In this document: in pieces, positions 20,862-31,025 of the stretch | Position numbering within the stretch: position 1 is the stretch's first letter | Layout: each line of letters starts with the position of its first letter | Source: an uncultured Chloroflexia bacterium | Lineage (GTDB): Bacteria > Chloroflexota > Anaerolineae > B4-G1 > SLSP01 | Length of the DNA stretch: 64,000 bases | Assembly (NCBI GenBank): GCA_963751345.1 | Contig: CAVVUS010000030.1 | Span: 192,001-256,000, forward strand | Direction of reading: 5' to 3' | The notes under the pieces: model-generated | The model's database searches: none | What the model was told of the DNA's origin: nothing | Seen by the model: the letters and a program-made list of their open reading frames with translations, nothing else | Translations under genes and position numbers: made by a program

Positions 20862-21626
20862 ATGTATATCACGAGCGTTCGGCTTTACACCGAGCATTAC
20901 CCGACGAACCGGTACTACCCGTTCAACGTCCCGATTCTCAGGACGACGTCTCGGCTGACCTTTCGTGGCCCGGTCACGTTCTTTGTCGGCGATAACGGCT
21001 CGGGGAAGTCAACGCTGCTGGAGGCCATCACGCGCAAGTGCGGTGTCAACGTCTGGGACACGCTCAAGCGTCACCGCGCTCACGAGAACCCCTATGAGAC
21101 CCGCCTCGCCGACTTCATCGAGGTCGATTGGGGCAGTGAGCACGTCGCTGGATCGCTCTTCCGGGCCGAGACCTTCCACGAGGTCGCAGATTTCCTCGAT
21201 GACGTGGCGATCTGCGACCCCGGTCGGCTGCAGTATCACGGGGGTCAGTTGCTGAACACGCTTTCCCACGGTCAGGGGATGCTGAGCTACTTCAGTGGTC
21301 GCTACGATCGCAAAGGGCTTTACTTGCTGGATGAGCCTGAGGCAGCCCTGTCGCCTACCAGCCAGGTGACGTTCCTCAAGCTCCTGCAGCGATTCTCAGC
21401 CGGAGGACAGGCCCAGTTCGTCATTGCTACGCATTCTCCAATTCTGTTGGCGCTACCCGGGGCCCAGATCTTCAGTTTCGACGGGCCCCGCATTCAGGAG
21501 GTGAGTTACGAGGAGACCGAGCACTACAAGGTGTACAAGCAGTTCTTCGCCGACCGGGACAGGCTCCTAGATCAGGAAACGCCGGCCAAGGAAGAGGGAG
21601 AGAGGGAAACGGTATCACTACCGTAG
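20862..21626 (+). CDS. Standalone ABC/AAA_21-type predicted ATPase (COG3910-like)
   Basis: GDNGSGKST, 'FRAETF', 'SHGQG', 'LLDEPEAALSP', 'IATHSPIL'. Confidence 0.85.
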   Translation: MYITSVRLYTEHYPTNRYYPFNVPILRTTSRLTFRGPVTFFVGDNGSGKSTLLEAITRKCGVNVWDTLKRHRAHENPYETRLADFIEVDWGSEHVAGSLFRAETFHEVADFLDDVAICDPGRLQYHGGQLLNTLSHGQGMLSYFSGRYDRKGLYLLDEPEAALSPTSQVTFLKLLQRFSAGGQAQFVIATHSPILLALPGAQIFSFDGPRIQEVSYEETEHYKVYKQFFADRDRLLDQETPAKEEGERETVSLP

Positions 21627-21671
21627 CCCACGACGGACAGAAGAAACCATAGCCCAGAAGGAGTGATTGAG

Positions 21672-23031
21672 ATGAAACAGTACAAGTACCTACTGGATGA
21701 GAAGGATATGCCGACGCAGTGGTACAATATCCTGGCGGACATGAAGAACCCACCGCCGCCTTACTTGCACCCGGCGACGCTAGAAATCATGACGCCGGAC
21801 GATCTGGCCCCGGTCTTCCCTGCGGGCTGCATCGCGCAAGAGGCCAGTCGCGAGCGATATATCGATATTCCTGAAGAGGTCCAGGACATCCTCAGGACCT
21901 GGCGCCCGTCGCCCCCTGATCCGCGCGCACCGTTGGGAGCAAGCTCTCGACACGCCGGCAAAGATCTACTACAAGTGGGAAGGCGTCAGTCCGGCAGGCA
22001 GCCACAAGCCCAACACCGCCGTCGCGCAGGCCTATTACGCCAAGCAGGAAGGGCTGGAGGGCTTCGCCACCGAGACCGGTGCCGGACAGTGGGGCAGCGC
22101 GCTGAGCCTGGCGGGTGCCTACTTCGGCCTCAAGATCAAGGTCTTCATGGTGGCCATTTCCTACAAGCAGAAGCCCTACCGGCGCATCATGATGGAGACC
22201 TGGGGCGGTGAGGTCGTCCCGAGCCCCAGCTCCGAGACCCACGCCGGACGCGCGATCCTCGAACAGGATCCCGAGTCACCGGGAAGCCTGGGCATCGCCA
22301 TCAGCGAGGCGCTGGAATACGCGATGACCCACGATGGCTACAAGTACTCGCTGGGCAGCGTGGTCAACTTCGTGCTGCTTCACCAGACCGTCATCGGCCT
22401 GGAAGCCATGAAGCAGCTGGAGATGGCAGGGGACTATCCCGACATCCTGATCGGGTGTGCCGGCGGCGGCAGCAACGCCGCGGGCCTGATCTATCCCTTC
22501 ATGAAGGACAAGCTCACGGGCGACAAGCCCGATCTTCGGGCGATCTTCGTCGAGTCCACCGCGTGCCCGAGCATGACGCGCGGCAAGTATGCCTACGACT
22601 GGGGCGACACGGCCAAGACCGGCCCGGTCGCCAAGATGTACACCGTGGGCCACGGCTTCATCCCCGCGCCCGTGCACGCCGGTGGCCTGCGCTACCACGG
22701 CATGGCGCCCACCATCTCCGCGCTGCTCGACCAGGGTCTGGCGGAAGCCAGGGCCTACCACCAGATCGAGGTCTTTGATGCCGCCCACAGCTTCAGCGCA
22801 TCCGAGGGCACCATCGTGGCGCCCGAAACCGCGCACGCCGTCCGCGCCGCCTATGACGAGGCCATGATCTGCAAGGAGTCCGGCGAGGCCAAGGTCATCG
22901 TCTTCAACGCCAGCGGTCACGGCCACTTCGATCTCGCAGCCTACGACGCCTATCATCGCCAGGCGCTCGACGACTACCGGCTGGAGGAAGCCAAGCTCCA
23001 GGCCGCACTGGAGACCCTGCCGAACGTCTAG
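21672..23031 (+). CDS. trpB2: TrpB-like PLP enzyme (TrpB2), frameshift in the C5 run at 21912-21916
   Basis: '[10 protein letters not shown]', '[11 protein letters not shown]', '[11 protein letters not shown]', 'GCAGGGSN', 'HAGGLRYHG', 'SGHGHFD'. Confidence 0.92.
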
Positions 23032-23045
23032 ACTCGGCGCTACGG

Positions 23046-23105
23046 AGACCTTTGGGGTTTTCCTGTAGAGTAAGCACCTGCTTGTGAAGAAAACCCCAAA
23101 GGTCT
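23046..23105. repeat. REP-like 17-bp perfect inverted repeat
   Basis: AGACCTTTGGGGTTTTC ... GAAAACCCCAAAGGTCT; same family as the element at 1-47. Confidence 0.8.
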
Positions 23106-23110
23106 TAACA

Positions 23111-23142
23111 AGGCGCCCCTGCTCGACTGAGCGGGGGCGCCT
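23111..23142. terminator. Hairpin between convergent trpB2 and prfA
   Basis: AGGCGCCCCTGCTC-GACT-GAGCGGGGGCGCCT. Confidence 0.7.
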
Positions 23143-23160
23143 CTCTATCTCGAGTCAGGA

Positions 23161-24246
23161 TCAGGCGTCGACTTCCGACAGCCGCCGCGTCTGCTCGTCC
23201 AGCGAAAGCGCCTCGATGAAGGTATCGATGTCCCCTTCCATCACCGCGGGCAGGTTATAGGACGTCATGCCGATACGGTGGTCCGTGACGCGGTTCTGCG
23301 GGAAGTTGTAGGTCCGGATTTTCTCACTGCGCTCACCGGTGCCAACCTGGGACCGGCGGGCCACCTCGAGCTCCGAGATCTGCCGCTGGCGCTCCGCCTC
23401 GTAGAGGCGGGCACGCAGCACCCGCATCGCCCGCAGCTTGTTCTGAGTGAGCGAGCGCTCGCTCTCACAGGTCACGACCATCCCCGTCGGCTTATGCAGA
23501 ATGCGCACCGCCGTGTCGTTTTTCTGCATGTGCTGACCGCCCGGCCCGGAGGAACCGTACGTCGTCAGCTCGAGATCAATCGCATTGATGTTGACCTCGA
23601 CATCCTCCGCCTCGGGCAGCACGGCGACGGTCACGGTGGAGGTATGGATGCGCCCACTCGACTCCGTCACGGGCACCCGCTGCACGCGATGCACGCCACT
23701 CTCATACTTGAGGCGTGAGTAGGCCCCTTTCCCCTCGATGGAGAAGATCACCTCTTTGTAACCGCCAATCCCGGTGCGGTTTTCACTGATGAGCTGGGTT
23801 TTCCACCCGGATTGCAGCTCGGCGTAGCGCGTGTAGAGGCGGAAGAGCTCGGCAGCAAAAAGCCCGGCTTCGTCACCGCCGGCACCCGCACGGATCTCGA
23901 TGATGACATCCTTGTCATCGCGGGGATCCTTGGGCACGAGCATCACCCGCAGGCGATCCTCCAGCACCTCCCGGCGCTCGGAGAGCCGTGTCAGTTCGTC
24001 GCGTGCCATCTCGCGGAGTGACTCGTCCTCATCGGTCGTCATCTCCTCGGCACCCTCAATCTCCGTGAGGACCTCCGTATACTCGCGATAGGCGGACACC
24101 CGCTCCTCGAGCTCGGAGCGCTCGATAGCGTACTCCGTGACCTTCTCGTAGTCTTGCGCGACATCCGGATCTGCCATCAAGCGGGTCAACTCCTGGAACC
24201 GCTCCTCCAGCACATCCAACCTCTCCAGCATCTTCTGCGTATCCAC
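23161..24246 (-). CDS. prfA: Peptide chain release factor 1
   Basis: 'EIRAGAGGDEA', 'ESGVHRVQRVPVTE' (PxT motif), GGQ, 'RSEKIRTYNFPQNRVTDHRI'. Confidence 0.97.
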   Translation of the reverse strand: MDTQKMLERLDVLEERFQELTRLMADPDVAQDYEKVTEYAIERSELEERVSAYREYTEVLTEIEGAEEMTTDEDESLREMARDELTRLSERREVLEDRLRVMLVPKDPRDDKDVIIEIRAGAGGDEAGLFAAELFRLYTRYAELQSGWKTQLISENRTGIGGYKEVIFSIEGKGAYSRLKYESGVHRVQRVPVTESSGRIHTSTVTVAVLPEAEDVEVNINAIDLELTTYGSSGPGGQHMQKNDTAVRILHKPTGMVVTCESERSLTQNKLRAMRVLRARLYEAERQRQISELEVARRSQVGTGERSEKIRTYNFPQNRVTDHRIGMTSYNLPAVMEGDIDTFIEALSLDEQTRRLSEVDA

Positions 24247-24507
24247 TTAGACCGATCCCCTTACCAACATAGCAAACGGCCCGTCAATACGGACCGTCCG
24301 TTCGTCTAGAATAATGACCCTTCCCCGGTTGAACCGGGGCCGCCCCCGCAGCCCAACGATCACCGATGCGCTGCGGAACGGGACTTCAGACCTAATCTTA
24401 CCCCAATTCCGACGGATTTCCAGAATCATCTGAATCACGGATTCCACGGATACTTACACAGTGGTGCCGATGCGTAGCAGCTTTTCGGGAGTACCTTCTC
24501 GCCGCAT

Positions 24508-24562
24508 ATGTTCCAGGCGGATCTTGTCCCCAGTCTGCTGGGGCGTGATCCGCCTGGAACAT
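24508..24562. repeat. Long intergenic hairpin (REP-like)
   Basis: ATGTTCCAGGCGGATC / GATCCGCCTGGAACAT 16-bp perfect stem enclosing CCCCAG-TCTG-CTGGGG. Confidence 0.7.
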
Positions 24563-24719
24563 GGGTGAGTGAGAGTCTATTCTCGAGAGTCTCTCTTGAT
24601 TCCGCACGAGTCGTCGTGCCCTCATCCTGAATCCACCCCACGTCGAACCTCGGTTTGCCGCTGCGAGGTCTGAGGCGTAGACTGGTCTCACTAACGCTTC
24701 CATACAGAATCGAGGTCCT

Positions 24720-25525
24720 GTGATGATCATCGAGTGGAACGCCCATATGTTCAGCGCCGATACGGCTCGCTATCCTTTTCACCCACGTGCCGCCTACTCC
24801 CCGGACCGGAGCAGCGCGCCGCGGATCCCCTGGCGGACTACCTCGTCCGTATGGCGAGGGAAGGCATCGACCGTGCCGTGCTCGTCCAGCCCGAGCCCTA
24901 CGGCGACGACCACCGCCTGGTCCTCGACTGTCTCAAGCGGGCGCCCGACCGGCTGTGGGGCACCAGCCTCTTCTATCCCCGCGATGCCGATGCCCCCGAC
25001 AAGCTGCGGGATCTGGTCCGCCGCGAGCCGCGTATCGTCGCTACGCGCTTTCACGCTCACCGGGGCAAGACCAACTACTTCGAGCGCTTCGACGAGCCCG
25101 GCGTCCTGGCGCTGTGGGACGCGGCGACTGAGTTGCGCCTGATCGTCGAGCTCCACATCGGCCCGGACTACGGCCGCCAGGTCGCCGAGGTCATAGAGGC
25201 CCATCCCGACACGCCCGTGCTGATCGATCACCTCGCCGAACCGCAGATGGGCACTGCCGTGGAGTACGCGAACATCCTGGCGCTGAGCCGCTACGACAAC
25301 GTCACCATGAAGCTCTCGGGGCTGGCACACTTCTCCGATGACGCCCCGCTCTACCTCGACGCCCGGCCCTTCACGCGCCTCGTCATCGACGCCTTCGGCC
25401 CGGATCACCTCGTCTGGAGCGACGGCACGCCGGCGATCGTAGACGCCCACCTCGATCGGGAATCAGAGGAAGCGCGCGAGAAGGTCAAGGGCGGGAACCT
25501 GGGCCGACTATTGAAGTCCTACTGA
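24720..25525 (+). CDS. Amidohydrolase_2-family protein (frameshift near 24805)
   Basis: 'IIEWNAHMF' start, 'GIDRAVLVQP..YGDDH', 'VLIDHL', 'KLSG', 'AFGPDHLVWS'. Confidence 0.8.
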
Positions 25526-25532
25526 AACGCTT

Positions 25533-26960
25533 CTATTGTCTGAGGGCCAACGGCAGATACACAGAATAGTCATAGATCGGCCTGGTCACGTAGAGCATGG
25601 TGTCATCCACGTAGCCGGTGCTGACCTTGTGGTACCCGGGGTTCCAGTCCTGTGTCAGCCTGAACGCCACCTTGACGGGCTTGCCGGCGACGCTCGCCAG
25701 CTCGCCCGCGTCCAGCCTGTAGATGCGCTGCCGCCAGACTCCAGGATAGCTGTAGAAGTAGGCTAGCCCGAAGCACACGTCCACATACTCCGTCTGAAAG
25801 GTCCAATCCCAGATGCTCCCGCAGACGATGTCGTTATCGAAGTCGGGATCGAAGCTTACGCCCGTGATCCAGTAGCCGAGACTGACCTCCAGCGCATCCG
25901 CCGGAATCACCGCGTCCTGCCACACCCAGCACTCCTGGCCCGACAGCATGACCGACCAGGACCCACCGTGGGAGTAGGTACTCGAGAGGATGGGGGCGTC
26001 CTGCGTCTGCCAGCTCGCCCAGCCGCTCTCAAATCCAGGATTCTGTAGATTGTGAGTGGGTGTGGGCGTGAATGCCAGCACGGTCACCTCGGCATCGTCG
26101 GGGAACACGCCCACCAACGTCGAGTTCCCCGTGGTCGTGTTGGCGGTGCGCAGCTCCCCCCGGCCCGAGGATACGCCCACGTTGTAGGCAGCCAGGTACA
26201 GGACGCCGGAGCTCTCCTCGAAGTCCATCCCCTGCGCGTAATCGGCATCGAAACCGATACCCCCGACGACCGTCCCGGCGCCCGTGGCCGGATCGATCCG
26301 TACCAACGTATCGTTGGTGATGTCCATCCCGTACATCACGCCGGCGGCGTTGATAGCGATGTCGATAATCACCGAAGCGTTCGTGATCTGCCCTACAGCG
26401 GTCGCCGCGCCGGTTGACGTGTTCACGGTATACAGAGTGGAGATGACATCGTTTGTGGAAGAGGCATAGAGGATGCCGTCCGCTGTGCCGGTCGCGCCCG
26501 TCCAGACGTGCCCGGAAAGCGGCAAGCACGCACCGATCGTGGTCGTGATACCCGTGCGGGTGTTGAGCGTGTGCACTTCGTTGAGGTTGTAGTCAATCAC
26601 GAAGATCCGGCTGTAGTCCCTGCCGACGAAGTCGCCGGCGTAGTAGGCGCGTCCCTGGATACTGCCGACGTCAACCCACCTCCCGGGCACATCGACGTTG
26701 GGGATGTAACGCGCCCACTCGCCCGGGTAGAGCTCCAGCGCGAACGCCGCCCCACCTACGGAAGCAGACACGGACAAGACATCCGACGGCTGCGTGATCT
26801 CACCCGCACTGGAGCGCGTTACGGCGGAAGATTGTAGGTTAGGAGTCGTGTGGCTAGATGGAGGCAACGGATCAGCCGCAACAGAGGGGGATGGGTACAA
26901 AGTGAACAAGGCCAAAAAGATGACAACAGGGTAGAGCCGGCAGAACATGCGGGACATCAA
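25533..26960 (-). CDS. Secreted beta-propeller-like/CBM-like protein with C-terminal YLPL..R tail
   Basis: Signal peptide; repeats 'LYTVNTSTGAATAVG'/'LVRIDPATGAGTVVG'; 'LQNPGFESG..W'; ends 'YSVYLPLALRQ'. Confidence 0.7.
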   Translation of the reverse strand: MMSRMFCRLYPVVIFLALFTLYPSPSVAADPLPPSSHTTPNLQSSAVTRSSAGEITQPSDVLSVSASVGGAAFALELYPGEWARYIPNVDVPGRWVDVGSIQGRAYYAGDFVGRDYSRIFVIDYNLNEVHTLNTRTGITTTIGACLPLSGHVWTGATGTADGILYASSTNDVISTLYTVNTSTGAATAVGQITNASVIIDIAINAAGVMYGMDITNDTLVRIDPATGAGTVVGGIGFDADYAQGMDFEESSGVLYLAAYNVGVSSGRGELRTANTTTGNSTLVGVFPDDAEVTVLAFTPTPTHNLQNPGFESGWASWQTQDAPILSSTYSHGGSWSVMLSGQECWVWQDAVIPADALEVSLGYWITGVSFDPDFDNDIVCGSIWDWTFQTEYVDVCFGLAYFYSYPGVWRQRIYRLDAGELASVAGKPVKVAFRLTQDWNPGYHKVSTGYVDDTMLYVTRPIYDYSVYLPLALRQ

Positions 26961-27064
26961 TAGCCTCCTTACACTGCAATTAGGGCATTGGTCACCAACC
27001 GCCTGGGTATCCTGACCTCGCTACTGTATATCAGAAACTCTAGACCGCCAGAAGGGGCACCTTC

Positions 27065-27121
27065 GTGTAATCTGAGATACGATAATTCGCCAGAAGCGTA
27101 TTATCGTAGTATAATTTACAC
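27065..27121. promoter_or_regulatory. Palindromic operator over the -10 box of AbiE operon 1
   Basis: GTGTAA-N7-TACGATAATTCGC-N5-GCGTATTATCGTA-GTATAAT-TTACAC. Confidence 0.7.
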
Positions 27122-27142
27122 ATATCGCGCCGGAAGTACAGG

Positions 27143-27988
27143 ATGAACCAAAAGGGATACGCACAGTCGCAGGGGATGACCCTGCTCAATCGTGTGGTTG
27201 AACAGGTCGGCCCGCTGTTCACTACAGCACAAGCTCGAGCAGCCATGCCAAGCCTGACGCCACAACGGGTAAACGCTGTCCTCAGCCAACTGGCCCAGGC
27301 AGGTTGGGTCGAACGCCTTAAGCGCGGCAGCTATGCAGTCACGACGCCTATCTTCGACGTCGAGGTCCACCCCTACGCCATCGCAGCCGCCTTGGTCTCC
27401 CCGGTAGCTATCAGCCATTGGTCGGCGCTGGCCCATCACAGTTTCACCACCCAAATCCCACCGATGGTCCAGGCATCGACCCCGGCGACCGTGGTCACCC
27501 CGGAAATGCGCCGAGGGGAGGCCTACCGACCCCGCGGACGGGCCACCTGGCGCGCCTTGGGGTTCGAGTTCGAGTTCATCCAGGTGCAGGAACATCAGTT
27601 CTTCGGCTTTGAAGAGATATGGGTGAGCCGCTGGCACCGCATCGCCATCACCGATCCGGAGCGCACTCTGCTCGATCTCTTCGCCGCCCCCCAGGTGTTC
27701 GGCTCGCTGCAGGTCGGGCTGGAGACGCTGGAAGCACAGTTGCATCACCTGAACCCCGAGAAGCTGTCGGCGTACGCACTACAATACGACGTGGGCGCTG
27801 TCATCAAGCGCCTAGGGTGGGCACTGGAAACCCTCGGCGCACCGGAACGCGCCGTCGCACCGCTCCGTGACTATCCCCTGCTTGCCTACTCACAACTCGA
27901 CCCTACCGCCCCATCTGGCGGGACGCCCATCGCGCGCTGGCATCTGCGCAACAACCTCCAGCCGGAGGCAGTGCATGCCCACGATTGA
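27143..27988 (+). CDS. Type IV TA antitoxin, AbiEi family
   Basis: wHTH 'LAQAGWVERLKRGSY', 'AISHWSALAHH', 'TDPERTLLD', 'IKRLGW'. Confidence 0.88.
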   Translation: MNQKGYAQSQGMTLLNRVVEQVGPLFTTAQARAAMPSLTPQRVNAVLSQLAQAGWVERLKRGSYAVTTPIFDVEVHPYAIAAALVSPVAISHWSALAHHSFTTQIPPMVQASTPATVVTPEMRRGEAYRPRGRATWRALGFEFEFIQVQEHQFFGFEEIWVSRWHRIAITDPERTLLDLFAAPQVFGSLQVGLETLEAQLHHLNPEKLSAYALQYDVGAVIKRLGWALETLGAPERAVAPLRDYPLLAYSQLDPTAPSGGTPIARWHLRNNLQPEAVHAHD

Positions 27989-28856
27989 TCAATACCTGCG
28001 CACGGTCGCCCGTTCACACCCTGGCACGCCCTTCTGGATCCTGGAAAAAGACTACGCCCTGGGATATCTTTTATCTGGTATGGCACAGGTGGCAGCGCTG
28101 CATAGCGCCCTGGTACTGAAAGGGGGCACGGCGCTGCGCAAGTTCTACTTTGCCGACTATCGCTTCTCTGAGGATCTGGACTCTTCGGCCGTAGCGCAAC
28201 TACCCGACATAGACCTAGCCATGAGCGAGGCCGTGATGGCCACAGAGAAGCAACTACAAGCGCATGGACCCTTTGCCGTCACGCTGGAGCGATTGACGCT
28301 GCGAGAACCGCATCCCGGCGGGCAGGACGCTTACACCGTGCGGGTGCGCTTTCCGACCCATCGCGAAGCCCTGTGCCGCCTTAAGGTCGAGATCGCCTAC
28401 GATGAGGACGTGGCGCTGCCGGCAGTTATGCGTGGCCTCTTACACCCTTATCTCTATCCGCCTGAAGCGAGTTGGCGATGCTATCCGCTGGAGGAGATCG
28501 TCGCAGAGAAGTTGCGGGCCTTACTGCAGAGCCGCGCGCGGCTAGAGCAGCGAGGTTGGGGGGCCAGCCGCGTCTGTCGCGACGCCTACGATCTCTGGTA
28601 CATATTGGGTCACGAAACACTCGATACGACGCTGTTCCCTCATCTTCTAGACCGCAAGTGCGCCGTGCGCACTGTGACCTACGCTTCCACCACCAGCTTT
28701 TTGGTGCCTGCGCTGCAGGATGTGGCTCGAGCCGAATGGGCACGTCAGTTGCTACCCTTCGTGCCGAATGCCCCATCGGCCGACCGGGTCCTGACTGAAC
28801 TGAGCCATATGCTGCAATCCCTACCCCTGGATCCGCAAGAGAGCCGGGCAGAATAG
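27975..28856 (+). CDS. Type IV TA toxin, AbiEii/AbiGii nucleotidyltransferase
   Basis: 'LEKDY', 'LVLKGGTALRK..YRFSEDLD', 'EIVAEKLRA', 'RDAYDL'. Confidence 0.9.
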   Translation: MPTIDQYLRTVARSHPGTPFWILEKDYALGYLLSGMAQVAALHSALVLKGGTALRKFYFADYRFSEDLDSSAVAQLPDIDLAMSEAVMATEKQLQAHGPFAVTLERLTLREPHPGGQDAYTVRVRFPTHREALCRLKVEIAYDEDVALPAVMRGLLHPYLYPPEASWRCYPLEEIVAEKLRALLQSRARLEQRGWGASRVCRDAYDLWYILGHETLDTTLFPHLLDRKCAVRTVTYASTTSFLVPALQDVARAEWARQLLPFVPNAPSADRVLTELSHMLQSLPLDPQESRAE

Positions 28857-28912
28857 CGTGAGTCTGGGGGTAGCCGCTGGAGATCAGTTGCACTGACCTC
28901 CGGTGCCACCTC

Positions 28913-30012
28913 CTACACCGCCCGATGCCACAGCATCGACAGCGCGATGGCGGTCGCGGCCAAAGCCGCGGCCCCAAGGGCGAAGAACGCGCTGATCTCC
29001 AGCCGCTGCTTCTGCAGCACCACGTCGTTCGGCAGGCTGGCGAAGACGTCGTTGAGTTGTCCCGCGTCCTCGGCCCGGTAGTATTCCCCGCCGGTCAGGT
29101 CGGCCATCCCTTGCAGCGTGTCCTCGTCGAGGTTCAGGAAGCTGCGTCCACCACCACCGCCAAACCCGCCCCCACCCCCGAAGCCCCCTCTGCCGCCGAA
29201 CCGACCCCACCGCCAAAGCCCTCACCGAAGACATCGCTGCCCAATTGCCCGGGCTGGCACACCATCCGGCCCGGATTGGTCGAGCCAAACCCGATCGTGT
29301 AGATCCGCACCTGGCGGTCGGCGGCCTTCTGGGCGGCGTCCAGCGGCCTCGGGCCCTGGGTGTTGGCGCCATCCGTCAACACCACGATGATGTCCGATTG
29401 GTAGACATCGCTGCCCAGCGGCGAGGCACCCTCCTGCGAACTCAGATCCACGCCGCTGGGAGCGACCGCCGAGTTCACCTCAGAGATGGCGTCGATCGAC
29501 TTGAGCGTCGCGCTGCCGATCGCCGTGCCGATCGAGGTCGTGAGGTTGTCGATCGCATCCAAGAGCTCCTGTTTATCGTTGGTGGGCGGCACGACGATCG
29601 CCGCGAAGCCGGCAAATGCGACGATGCTGATCCGGGTGTCGTCCGCCTGGTCCTTGATGAAGGCGCGGGCGGCCTCCTGGGCCACCGCCAGCCGATTGGG
29701 GGAGACGTCGGTCGAGCACATACTTCGTGAGACGTCGATGGCCAGGATGATGGTGGTGCGGCTGAGCGGGACCTCGGTGACGGCCACGGGCCGGGCCGTC
29801 GCCGTCACGAGGAGGGCAACCGCCAGCACGAAGAGCGCAAACGGCAGGTGCTGTCGCCAGCGCGAGCGTTTGGGCAGCGCCTCACGGATGAGCGACAGGC
29901 TGGAATACCGCACGGCGAACTTGCGCTTGCGCCGCAGGATCCAGAGATAGAACGCGATCAGCAGCGGCACCAGCAGGAGCAGCAGGAGCAATCTCGGCCA
30001 TTGGAAACTCAT
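28913..30012 (-). CDS. vWA-domain membrane protein with BatA N-terminus (frameshift in the Gly-rich segment ~29140-29190)
   Basis: 'MSFQWP', MIDAS 'DVSRSM', 'LTDG'; C-terminus in ORF 28913-29107. Confidence 0.85.
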
Positions 30013-30998
30013 AGTGGCATTCTCCCAAACCAGAGCATCGACAGAATCCCGCCGGTGAGGAAGAGAAGAAGGCTCGCCCCCGCCACGATCGCCGTGATCT
30101 CCATCTTCTCCCCGCTGATCGTCAACTGCAGGTCGACGTTCTTGTAGATGGTCTGCAGGGCGTTGGCATCCTCGGCCCGGGTGTACGTGCCGTTGGTCAA
30201 ACCGGCGATCTCCTGCAGGGTCGCTTCGTCGAGCTGGGTCACCACGTTGTAGCCGTCGATCTGCAGGACGGCGCCTTCGGGGCTGCCGATCCCCACGGGA
30301 TAGATGCGAACGCCCGCCTGGGCCGCCAATTGCGCGACGGCGAGGGGATCGGGATTGGAGGTGTTCTCACCATCGGTGAGCATGAGCACCACGGCCGAGG
30401 GATAGCTGCCGATGTCCACCGCCGTCCCCGCTTCGAGATCCGCCGGGTCGATGGCCAGCGGCTCCCCGGCGATGGCGTTGAGCGAGGTGAAGATGCCCTG
30501 CGCCAGCGACGTCGCGCCCTGCGGCGCCAGGCGATCGATTGCCGTCAACAGCGCCGCCTGATCGTTTGTCGGGGGCTGCAGGATCAGCCCTCCGTTGCTG
30601 AAGGCGACCAGGCCGACCTGGACGGTGCTGGGCTGGTGCTCGACGAAAGCCGTGGCTGCCGCCTTGGCCGCCTCGAGCCGCGTCGGGTCGAGATCGTCCG
30701 CCGCCATGCTGTTGGACACGTCGATCGCCAGGATCACGGTGCCCGACACCCGCGGGAGATCGACGACCATCTCGGGACGAGACAGCCCGAAGAGCAGGAG
30801 CGTGAGGCCGAGCAGCGAGAACACCGCCGGGATCCGCCGCCAGCGGGCCGGGCTGCGCCCTCTTGCGTCGCGCACCACGCCCAACGGCCCCAAGTCGTCG
30901 GCCGCGCGCTGCCGCCGCCTGAGCAGCCTGAGATAGACCCCTACAAAGAGGGGCGCGAGCAGCAGCGCCATCAGCATCCAGGGCCAGATAAAGGTCAT
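30009..30998 (-). CDS. vWA-domain membrane protein with BatA N-terminus
   Basis: 'MTFIWP', MIDAS 'DVSNSM', 'LTDGEN', 'LDEATLQEIA'. Confidence 0.9.
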   Translation of the reverse strand: MTFIWPWMLMALLLAPLFVGVYLRLLRRRQRAADDLGPLGVVRDARGRSPARWRRIPAVFSLLGLTLLLFGLSRPEMVVDLPRVSGTVILAIDVSNSMAADDLDPTRLEAAKAAATAFVEHQPSTVQVGLVAFSNGGLILQPPTNDQAALLTAIDRLAPQGATSLAQGIFTSLNAIAGEPLAIDPADLEAGTAVDIGSYPSAVVLMLTDGENTSNPDPLAVAQLAAQAGVRIYPVGIGSPEGAVLQIDGYNVVTQLDEATLQEIAGLTNGTYTRAEDANALQTIYKNVDLQLTISGEKMEITAIVAGASLLLFLTGGILSMLWFGRMPL

Positions 30999-31025
30999 AG
31001 CTCTCCGTAGGACCGGGCCAAGATC

